A stretch of 64,000 nt of DNA, from NCBI GenBank assembly GCA_045594005.1, contig JAZNXT010000138.1, forward strand, positions 9,034-73,033, in the 5' to 3' direction. Origin of the DNA: Victivallales bacterium. GTDB lineage: Bacteria > Verrucomicrobiota > Lentisphaeria > Victivallales > UBA1829. How positions within the stretch are numbered: position 1 is the stretch's first letter; each line of letters begins with the position of its first letter. Under the pieces are notes generated by a model. It saw only the letters and a program-made list of their open reading frames with translations. It was not told where the DNA came from and ran no database searches. Of the stretch, positions 57,425 to 64,000 are shown piece after piece. The position numbers were made by a program, and so were the translations under genes.

Positions 57425-58249
57425 ATGATCAAATTGGTTGCATTCGATCTGGACGGGACTCTGCTGGATGAAGAAAAACAGCTGCCGCCCAATTTTTATC
57501 AAATCGCGGAACGGCTGCTGGATCATGGTGTCCGGGTGGTCATTGCCAGCGGCAGACAATATCAGAATCTGTATGAACAGTTCGCACCATTGGCGGACCG
57601 GTTCAGTTATTTGAGTGAAAACGGTGCATTTTTCTTTGAAGACGGAAAATGTATCATGCAGCACTCCCTGCCGCGGGAACGCTGGGAACCGATCTTTCTT
57701 CTGGCGGAAAGTCTGCCTACTGCCACACCGATCCTTGCCGGAGCGAAAGCCGGATATGTCCGTACGCCGGCCACGGAAGATTTTTTCCGGAACTGGTGTC
57801 TTTATTATGCGGCGCGTGATCTTTCTGCGGATCCGCTGGAAACGGCATTCCGGAACGATCACATTGTGAAGATCGCAGTGTATGACAGAGAAAGCACGGA
57901 AAAAAATTGTACGCCGCTTTTTGAACAGTTCGGAAACGTGTTCAACATTTCCCTTTCCGGAAAAAACTGGCTTGATATTATGGAAGTCGGTGTGAATAAA
58001 GGTGTTGCATTAACAGAATTTATTGAAAAAGTCGGGATCCGGAAAGATGAATGTCTTGCATTCGGGGATTATCTGAACGATGCGGAAATGCTTCAGAGCG
58101 TGGAATACGGATACGCCATGAAGAATTCACATCCGGATGTCCTCAAAATCGCGAAATATGTAGCTCCGGCAAACACCGAAAACGGCGTGATGCGCGTTCT
58201 GAAACGCCATTTCCCGGAACTCCTCTCCGATCTGGTGGCAGAAGATTGA
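57425..58249 (+). CDS. Cof-type HAD-IIB sugar phosphatase
   Basis: It has the FDLDGTLL motif I, and C-terminal GDYLNDAEML followed by YAMKNSHPDVLKIAKYV, typical of the Cof/YidA subfamily. Confidence 0.9.
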   Translation: MIKLVAFDLDGTLLDEEKQLPPNFYQIAERLLDHGVRVVIASGRQYQNLYEQFAPLADRFSYLSENGAFFFEDGKCIMQHSLPRERWEPIFLLAESLPTATPILAGAKAGYVRTPATEDFFRNWCLYYAARDLSADPLETAFRNDHIVKIAVYDRESTEKNCTPLFEQFGNVFNISLSGKNWLDIMEVGVNKGVALTEFIEKVGIRKDECLAFGDYLNDAEMLQSVEYGYAMKNSHPDVLKIAKYVAPANTENGVMRVLKRHFPELLSDLVAED

Positions 58250-58278
58250 ACAACGGTACATGCGGTTCTGCTTTTTTT
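58238..58278 (+). terminator. probable rho-independent terminator overlapping the HAD gene 3' end
   Basis: GCAGAA...GAAC / GTTCTGC, a stem with an internal bulge, followed by a T7 run (58272-58278). Confidence 0.6.
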
Positions 58279-58396
58279 CAAGTCTTTTCCGGAGAGGTTA
58301 TTGAATTTTCCGCAAAGGGGATTATATTACTTTTGAAAGAGAAAAATACGCCGTCAAAATGTGCAAGCTCAAAGAGAAAGTCGGAAAATATTTTTT

Positions 58397-59128
58397 ATGA
58401 AAAAGATCGTTTATATACTGCTTTGCGGGGTGTGTCTGGGATCGCTTGTCTGTGCGGTCACAGGATGCAGACAGGAAGAAAAACAGAAAGCTCCGGTCGT
58501 CCGGAAAGCTCCTGCGGAAAGGCTGTACGGCGAAAAAGAAGTACGGATCCTGCTGCTGGATCAGATGTCACCGGAAATGATTTTGGCTGATCACGCCGAT
58601 AAAATGACCTATGACGGCGTCATTTATCTTGCGGCAAACGGGCTGAAATTGAATCCGGAATTGATCTCGCGCACGCTTGACAAAGGTTCGTTGCCGGTTG
58701 TCACTTATATTCTGGAACGGGAAAATAATTACTTCGATACGAAAGGCGATGCCATCCGTTTGATGCACCTCTTTTCCGAAAATAATCGCCGTATGCATGT
58801 GGGGACCCTGATCGCAAAAGGTGTCAAACCGACGGGCAAAGTGTTTTTGAAAAGCTGTGCGGAAGGGGATTATACCCTGGTGAAATTGATGCTGCAAAAC
58901 GGGATCGATGCCAATGTGAAGGATGCGGACGGAAACACTGCGCTTCATCTTGCAGCCGCGTCAAAGGATCTGCTGTCTGTCAAACTGCTGGTCGAAGCGG
59001 GTGCGGATCTTACGGCAAGGGACAAAAACGGCAAAACGCCTGCGGATCTTGCGGCGACGGACAAACTGCGGAAATATTTTGAAGAATTGAACACAAAACC
59101 GGAACAATCAACCGAAAAAATAAAATAA
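58397..59128 (+). CDS. ankyrin-repeat lipoprotein
   Basis: Trimmed to ATG 58397, giving MKKIVYILLCGVCLGSLVCAVTGC (signal peptide plus lipobox). ANK repeats are DGNTALHLAAASKDLLSVKLLVEAGADLTARDKNGKTPADLA. Confidence 0.85.
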   Translation: MKKIVYILLCGVCLGSLVCAVTGCRQEEKQKAPVVRKAPAERLYGEKEVRILLLDQMSPEMILADHADKMTYDGVIYLAANGLKLNPELISRTLDKGSLPVVTYILERENNYFDTKGDAIRLMHLFSENNRRMHVGTLIAKGVKPTGKVFLKSCAEGDYTLVKLMLQNGIDANVKDADGNTALHLAAASKDLLSVKLLVEAGADLTARDKNGKTPADLAATDKLRKYFEELNTKPEQSTEKIK

Positions 59129-59140
59129 GGAATCAACACC

Positions 59141-59944
59141 ATGTTGACAAAATTCTTTCAGACTCTGTGCTGTGCCGTGATCGGCGTAACCTTTCTTTTC
59201 CTTTTTACGGCTTGCGGCGAAAAGGAAACAGCCTCCGCACCCGTCCGTACCTTCACGGTGGGATTTGATGCGGAATTTCCGCCCTACGGCTACAGAGATG
59301 AAAAGACCGGCGAATATGTGGGGCTGGATCTGGATCTTGCCCGGGAAGTTGCCAAACGCAACAACTGGCAGTTTGTGGCAAAACCCATCAACTGGGATGC
59401 CAAAGATATGGAGCTGAACTCCGGAGCAATCGACTGCATCTGGAACGGTTTTACCATCAACGGCAGAGAAGAAGCCTACACTTGGACGGAACCCTATGTT
59501 GACAACAGTCAGGTGGTGCTTGTCCTGAAAGATTCCGGCATTGCGAAACTGGCAGATCTCGCCGGAAAGACTGTGGCAGTCCAGACCGATACTCCGGTGA
59601 AAAAAGCACTGGAAGCCGGCGGCAAACAGGAAGCACTGGGTAAAACATTCAAACAGCTGAAAGTGACTCCCAACTACAACAATGCCATTATGGAACTGGA
59701 ATCCGGCGGTGTGGATGCCGTGGCTCTGGATATCGGTGTTGCCATTGACAAATTGAAAAGCGGCAAATTCGCTATGCTGAGCGAAGTGGTGATCACGGAA
59801 AAATACGGTGTCGGCTTCAAGAAAGGCAATACGGAACTGCGCGATCAGGTGCAGAAAACCTTCAAGGAAATGGTGGCAGACGGCACTGCCGCGAAGATCT
59901 CCGGCAAATATTTCAAAGGCAAAAACATCATCATCCTGAAGTAA
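59141..59944 (+). CDS. amino-acid ABC transporter substrate-binding lipoprotein
   Basis: 267 aa with a LFTACGEK lipobox. The family 3 SBP core is FDAEFPPYGYRD...WDAKDMELNSGAIDCIWNGFT. Confidence 0.9.
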   Translation: MLTKFFQTLCCAVIGVTFLFLFTACGEKETASAPVRTFTVGFDAEFPPYGYRDEKTGEYVGLDLDLAREVAKRNNWQFVAKPINWDAKDMELNSGAIDCIWNGFTINGREEAYTWTEPYVDNSQVVLVLKDSGIAKLADLAGKTVAVQTDTPVKKALEAGGKQEALGKTFKQLKVTPNYNNAIMELESGGVDAVALDIGVAIDKLKSGKFAMLSEVVITEKYGVGFKKGNTELRDQVQKTFKEMVADGTAAKISGKYFKGKNIIILK

Positions 59945-59945
59945 G

Positions 59946-60833
59946 ATGAAATCTCTGCGAACCCTTCTTTTTCTGCTGCTTGCATTTTTCTGCGTTTCGG
60001 CGAGTCCCTGCGTCTTCGGGGAAACGGTGTCTGCTCCTGCTCCGGCATTGAAGTCTGATACTCTCCGGGATCCGCTGCTGGACCTTGCCAATGAAACCAT
60101 TGCAGAAAATAACAGCGATGCCGTTGCCGAAACGCAACAGGCGGCTCAACCGGCAAAAAAGAAGGTGTCGCTGCCGAAGATCCTGAAAGATTTGGGAAAA
60201 GGATTCCTTGTTTCCGTAGCGATTTTTTTCCTGACGCTGTTTTTTGCATTGCCGCTGGGCTTGCTCATTGCGTTCGGGCGTATGTCGAAGTTCGCACCGG
60301 TCAACTGGCTCTTCCGTCTTTATATTTCCGTGATGCGCGGAACACCGCTGATGCTTCAGCTGCTGGTGTGGTATTTTGCGCCGTATTACATTTTCGGTGT
60401 AAATCTGGGGAAATTGTCCTTTTGCGGGATCGAATTCCGTTTCACGGCAGTCATCATCGGATTTTCCCTGAACTATGCGGCATATTTTGCCGAGATCTAC
60501 CGGGCGGGGATCGAAGCGATCCCACGGGGACAATATGAAGCGGCATCCGTGCTTGGCTATACGAAAAGTCAGACTTTTTTGCGGATCGTGCTGCCTCAGG
60601 TGATCAAGCGGATCATTCCGCCGGTGACCAATGAAACGATCACACTGGTGAAGGATACATCTCTGGCGTTTTCCCTTTCCGTGCTGGAGATGTTCACCGT
60701 AGCAAAACAGATCGCCAGCGCACAGACAACTATGATCCCCTTCGTGGTGGCAGGCGTCTTCTATTACATCTTCAACTTTATTGTGGCGTTCGGCATGGAA
60801 CAGCTTGAAAAGAAATTGAATTATTACAGGTGA
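59946..60833 (+). CDS. amino-acid ABC transporter permease (His/Glu/Gln/Arg type) with N-terminal extension
   Basis: The permease core has an EAA-like loop (YFAEIYRAGIEAIPRGQYEAASVLGY). About 85 extra N-terminal residues include a signal-like segment. Confidence 0.9.
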   Translation: MKSLRTLLFLLLAFFCVSASPCVFGETVSAPAPALKSDTLRDPLLDLANETIAENNSDAVAETQQAAQPAKKKVSLPKILKDLGKGFLVSVAIFFLTLFFALPLGLLIAFGRMSKFAPVNWLFRLYISVMRGTPLMLQLLVWYFAPYYIFGVNLGKLSFCGIEFRFTAVIIGFSLNYAAYFAEIYRAGIEAIPRGQYEAASVLGYTKSQTFLRIVLPQVIKRIIPPVTNETITLVKDTSLAFSLSVLEMFTVAKQIASAQTTMIPFVVAGVFYYIFNFIVAFGMEQLEKKLNYYR

Positions 60834-60838
60834 CCGGC

Positions 60839-61588
60839 ATGAACGATGTATTCAAAATCGAACATATCTCAAAAAGTTTCGGCACCACACAAGTGCTGAA
60901 AGATATTTCCCTTTCCGTGAAAGCCGGGGAAGTTGTGGCGATCATCGGACCCTCCGGATCCGGAAAAACCACATTTCTGCGCTGTGCCACACTGCTGGAG
61001 ACCATGGACAGCGGAAATATGTTCTACGGTGATCTGCTGGTTGTGAAAAACGGCGTGTACGCAAAAGAAAGACTGGCGAGAGCACGGAGCAGATTCGGGC
61101 TGGTCTTCCAGAATTTCAATCTGTTTCCTCATTATTCCGTACTGAAAAATATCACCGATGCCCCCATCTGCGTGCAGAAACGGAATGCGGCAGAAGTCAG
61201 ACAGGAAGCCATGAACCTCCTGAAAAAAATGGGGCTTGCCGGAAAAGAAAACGCCTATCCCTGCGAACTTTCCGGCGGTCAGCAGCAGCGCGTATCCATT
61301 GCCCGCGCACTGGCATTGAATCCCGATATCCTCTTTTTCGATGAACCGACTTCCGCTCTGGATCCGGAACTGACTCACGAAATTCTGAAAGTCATCCGCA
61401 GTCTGGCAGAAGAATCCATGACCATGGTCATCGTGACTCATGAAATCGATTTTGCCTCGCAGGTTGCCGACCGCATCATCTTTATGGCGGACGGCGTGAT
61501 CGTGGAGGAAGGTCCCGCTCTGGAACTGGTCAATCATCCGAAAGAAGAACGCACACGCACATTCCTCGCCGGAATGAAAAACACTTGA
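60839..61588 (+). CDS. amino-acid ABC transporter ATP-binding protein (GlnQ-like)
   Basis: Start taken at ATG 60839, after the permease stop. Motifs are GPSGSGKTT, LSGGQQQRVSIARAL and ILFFDEPTSALD. Confidence 0.93.
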   Translation: MNDVFKIEHISKSFGTTQVLKDISLSVKAGEVVAIIGPSGSGKTTFLRCATLLETMDSGNMFYGDLLVVKNGVYAKERLARARSRFGLVFQNFNLFPHYSVLKNITDAPICVQKRNAAEVRQEAMNLLKKMGLAGKENAYPCELSGGQQQRVSIARALALNPDILFFDEPTSALDPELTHEILKVIRSLAEESMTMVIVTHEIDFASQVADRIIFMADGVIVEEGPALELVNHPKEERTRTFLAGMKNT

Positions 61589-61641
61589 TCACGCTCATAA
61601 CACACGCACGGCGCGGCAGCAGACCGGCTTCGCCGGTCGTT

Positions 61642-61693
61642 CCCCGAAACAAAAAAAACGAACCCGCAAAGGTTCGTTTTTTTTGTTTCGGGG
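61642..61693. terminator. long perfect hairpin, bidirectional terminator between convergent genes
   Basis: ccccgaaacaaaaaaaacgaacc / loop cgcaaa / ggttcgttttttttgtttcgggg, 23 perfect bp with internal A8/T8 runs. Confidence 0.8.
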
Positions 61694-61697
61694 GACA

Positions 61698-61722
61698 GCA
61701 GCAGCGCGTTCCGCGCTGCTGC
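61698..61722. terminator. second GC-rich hairpin next to the bidirectional terminator
   Basis: gcagcagcgcg ttc cgcgctgctgc: 11 perfect bp with a 3-nt loop. It lies 17 nt from the aminotransferase stop. Confidence 0.5.
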
Positions 61723-61738
61723 GCTGCCGCGCCGGATT

Positions 61739-63013
61739 TTATGCGTTGTTTTCCAGCAGTTTGTTCACTCCTGCCAGTTTCACGCAAACGCAGAAAAGTT
61801 CGATCGCGATTTTAAGTTCATCGTATGTGGGATAAGTGGGAGCCAACCGGATATTGGAATCCGCCGGATCTTTCCGGTAGGGGAATGTGGCACCGGCATT
61901 GGTCAGAGTCACACCGGCATCTTTTGCCAATGCCACGGTAGCTTTTGCGCATCCGGGCAATGTATCCAGAGCCACAAAATAACCGCCCAGCGGTTTGGTC
62001 CATTCAGCCAGACCGGAACCGGCAAGTTCCCGATCGAGAGTTTCCAGCACCACATCGAATTTCGGCTTGAGTTCCGCCGCCAGTTTTTCCATGTGTTCCC
62101 GGACGCCTTCGGGATTTTTCAGATAGGAAACGGTACGCAGCTGATTGAGTTTATCGTGACCGATGGTCTGCATACCCATGTGTTTTTTGATTTCCGCGAT
62201 ATTGTTGGGGCTTGCCGCCACCAGAGCCACACCCGCGCCGGGGAATGTGATCTTGGAAGTGGAGAAGAAATAGAACACGCGATCCGGATTCCCGGCTTTT
62301 TCGCAGACATCAAAAATATCTCTGATACTGTTTTTGGAATAGATATGATGCACGCCGTAGGCATTATCCCACATGATCCGGAAGTCGGGAGCCGCCGTCT
62401 TCATGGAGCCGAGGCGTTCCACCGTTTCATCGCTGTAAATGATCCCCTGAGGATTGGAATACAGCGGCACACACCAGATCCCCTTGATGGAATCATCTTC
62501 CGCCACCAGTTTTTCCACCAGATCCATATCCGGTCCGGTCTTGGTCATGGGAATGGTGATCATTTCGATCCCCAGATCTTCGCAGATCCCGAAATGACGG
62601 TCATATCCGGGACTGGGACAGAGGAATTTCACTTTATCCAATTTGGACCACGGCGTATTTCCGCCGGTCCCGAAAAGCATACAGCGCACAATGGCATCGT
62701 ACATCAGATTCAAACTGGAGTTCCCGCCGATAATGATTTTTTCCATAGGAATGGAAAGCAGTTCGGAAAAAAGTTTTTTCGCTTCGGGGATCCCGTCCAG
62801 TCCGCCGTAATTGCGGGCATCCACACCATCTTCTGTGGTATATTTTGTGAGCGCGAGAAGGATCCCGTTTGTGAGGTCAAGCTGCGTTCCCGCAGGTTTC
62901 CCGCGGGACATATCCAATTTCAGATGCTGTGCCTGATAAGCAGCATACTGTTTTTCAAGCTCCTCTTTCAAAACAAGAAGCTGTGCCTTGGAATAATTCC
63001 GGATGTTTTCCAT
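61739..63013 (-). CDS. class I/II PLP-dependent aminotransferase
   Basis: 424 aa with the N-terminal LDMSRGKPAGTQLDL and the PLP-Lys context FFSTSKITFPGAG. Confidence 0.9.
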   Translation of the reverse strand: MENIRNYSKAQLLVLKEELEKQYAAYQAQHLKLDMSRGKPAGTQLDLTNGILLALTKYTTEDGVDARNYGGLDGIPEAKKLFSELLSIPMEKIIIGGNSSLNLMYDAIVRCMLFGTGGNTPWSKLDKVKFLCPSPGYDRHFGICEDLGIEMITIPMTKTGPDMDLVEKLVAEDDSIKGIWCVPLYSNPQGIIYSDETVERLGSMKTAAPDFRIMWDNAYGVHHIYSKNSIRDIFDVCEKAGNPDRVFYFFSTSKITFPGAGVALVAASPNNIAEIKKHMGMQTIGHDKLNQLRTVSYLKNPEGVREHMEKLAAELKPKFDVVLETLDRELAGSGLAEWTKPLGGYFVALDTLPGCAKATVALAKDAGVTLTNAGATFPYRKDPADSNIRLAPTYPTYDELKIAIELFCVCVKLAGVNKLLENNA

Positions 63014-63069
63014 ATTTTTTCTTCCTTACTCGCTTGTGTAATAAGTATATTTCTTCAAACAGGTCAATC

Positions 63070-63110
63070 TATAATATACAACCGTTTCCCGCCATTTCAA
63101 CAGCAGGAAA
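63070..63110. terminator. hairpin downstream of the ABM gene
   Basis: aaccgtttcc / 16-nt loop / ggaaacggtt, followed by a T-run on the plus strand. It most likely ends the minus-strand ABM transcript as the weak arm of a bidirectional terminator. Confidence 0.5.
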
Positions 63111-63146
63111 CGGTTTTTTTGCGCAAAACAGCAAACAAAAATGATA

Positions 63147-63437
63147 TTATGCCACAGGCTTGCCCAGCACAAAAACCTGAAGATCACCCACGATCATCGG
63201 GGCAATAGCATCGCCGAACGCCACAAAATGAGGCTGTTTCATGTGGGAATCCAGCACTTCCTGATTCTCCCACTGTTCATGGAAGATCCAGCTGCCCGCT
63301 TTCCCTTCCACCGCGTTGCAATGATAAAAAATATTGCCCGCATCCATACGGGAGCCTTCGATCAGCGGCAACAGACATTTTTCAGCTTCAGCGGCACATT
63401 CGCTGCGGACATTGAGAATTGCAATGACTTCGACCAT
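63147..63437 (-). CDS. antibiotic-biosynthesis-monooxygenase (ABM) domain protein
   Basis: Only the last 96 aa of the 260-aa track ORF look real: MVEVIAILNVRSECAAEAEKCLLPLIEGSRMDAGNIFYHCN...WENQEVLDSHMKQPHFVAF. ATG 63455 is an alternative start. Confidence 0.75.
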   Translation of the reverse strand: MVEVIAILNVRSECAAEAEKCLLPLIEGSRMDAGNIFYHCNAVEGKAGSWIFHEQWENQEVLDSHMKQPHFVAFGDAIAPMIVGDLQVFVLGKPVA

Positions 63438-63557
63438 TTTGATTGTTCCTTTCATCTTTGGTTTCAGAAAATATAATGGCAAAAATTCATTTTTCAAGTT
63501 GCAAAATCTCTTTTGCTCCGCTATATTGAACATAATGAAACAGAATGGATCAAAATC

Positions 63558-64000
63558 ATGAACAATAATCCTCAAAAAGATCTCCTCCTCCATACCTGCT
63601 GCGGACCCTGTGCCGCCGGATGTGTAGGCACACTCGCAAATGCAGACCGCAAGTTCGTGATGTATTTTTCCAATTCCAATCTTTCCGATAAAGAAGAATA
63701 TGAACGCAGACTCGAAGCCGCAAAAAAAGTCGCAGAGATCTGCGGGGCGGAATTGATCGCCGATCCCTACGACCACGAAGCATGGCTCAAAACTGTGCGC
63801 GGATATGAAAATGAACCGGAACGCGGCGCACGGTGCAGACTCTGTTTCCAGTTTTCTCTCTCTCGGACTGCACAAATGGCAGAACAGAAAGCAATGAACT
63901 TTGCCACCACACTCACCGTGAGTCCTCATAAATCATCCAAACTGATTTTTGAGATCGGCAGCGCGTGGACTCTTTTTGAACCGTGGGATTTCAAGAAAAA
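63558..64000 (+). CDS. queH: epoxyqueuosine reductase QueH (DUF208), 5' part; runs off the window
   Basis: My own translation from ATG 63558 gives MNNNPQKDLLLHTCCGPCAAGCVG...ERGARCRLCF...LTVSPHKSS. The HxCCxPC and CxxC motifs are diagnostic of QueH. Confidence 0.85.
   Translation, partial: MNNNPQKDLLLHTCCGPCAAGCVGTLANADRKFVMYFSNSNLSDKEEYERRLEAAKKVAEICGAELIADPYDHEAWLKTVRGYENEPERGARCRLCFQFSLSRTAQMAEQKAMNFATTLTVSPHKSSKLIFEIGSAWTLFEPWDFKK

Noticed and set aside
63060-63110. Tiny plus-strand sRNA (TATAAT box followed by a hairpin plus T-run)
   Set aside because: There is no acceptable -35 element at 16-18 nt spacing, and the transcript would be little more than the hairpin. It is more simply explained as the bidirectional terminator downstream of the minus-strand ABM gene.
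28723-63208. Further long antisense ORFs: 28723-29610, 31105-33294, 37705-38916, 39236-40429, 41646-42515, 42627-43430, 46330-47004, 47134-48201, 48587-49276, 50961-52319, 52283-54247, 54219-55463, 59108-60100, 60869-61537 and 62093-63208
   Set aside because: Each lies opposite a gene with diagnostic motifs (rfbB, KS/FabG, thiC, KS, ligase, rSAM, exporter, KS, GT2/acyltransferase, KS-CLF, GH, SBP, ATPase, aminotransferase). None has its own RBS context or a recognisable domain.
63438-63929. N-terminal 164 aa of the 260-aa ORF ending in the ABM domain
   Set aside because: The upstream part has odd composition (C/F/H-rich). It is antisense to the queH start region, which carries diagnostic motifs on the plus strand. 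ABM proteins are about 100 aa, and an internal ATG with an AAGGA upstream fits.
1-64000. Mobile elements, prophage, tRNA/rRNA and defence systems
   Set aside because: I scanned the ORF products and intergenic regions by eye. I found no transposase, integrase, recombinase, terminal inverted repeats, tRNA-like cloverleaf ends, restriction-modification genes or known defence-system domains. The only compositionally foreign-looking segments are 3.96-6.35 kb and about 18.3-25 kb, both reported above.

Overview
This is a 64-kb window from a moderately GC-rich, probably anaerobic diderm bacterium. Supporting signs are PFOR, a LolA-like carrier and several lipobox proteins. The lineage cannot be fixed from sequence alone.

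Layout:
1. 1-16 kb: carbohydrate-utilisation-style genes (a GH78 rhamnosidase fragment, several uncharacterised GH-like proteins, an AraM/EgsA-like G1P dehydrogenase), an AT-rich two-gene islet, nifJ and queC.
2. 16-29.7 kb: an ABC-transporter-dependent glycan locus with wzm/wzt, a radical SAM gene, a pyruvyl transferase, six GT2 paralogues, ugd and rfbB.
3. 29.7-34.2 kb: a minus-strand hydrolase / KS / FabG / CrtI-like oxidoreductase operon.
4. 34.3-39 kb: a DAHP synthase-pheA operon behind a Phe-rich leader-peptide attenuator, one hypothetical gene, and thiC behind a TPP riboswitch.
5. 39.1-54.2 kb: a tightly coupled aryl-polyene (APE)-like type II PKS / lipid-export locus. Its ApeI-type hotdog protein is fused to a radical SAM/SPASM enzyme. 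This is my best candidate for an undescribed system.
6. 54.2-64 kb: a GH-A glycosidase, two DMT transporters, a HAD phosphatase, an ankyrin lipoprotein, an amino-acid ABC transporter, an aminotransferase, an ABM protein and a queH fragment.

I recognised no rRNA, tRNA, CRISPR array, transposase or integrase. Many long ORFs in the supplied track are antisense shadows of real genes. Several track ORFs carry spurious N-terminal extensions, which I trimmed to RBS-supported starts.
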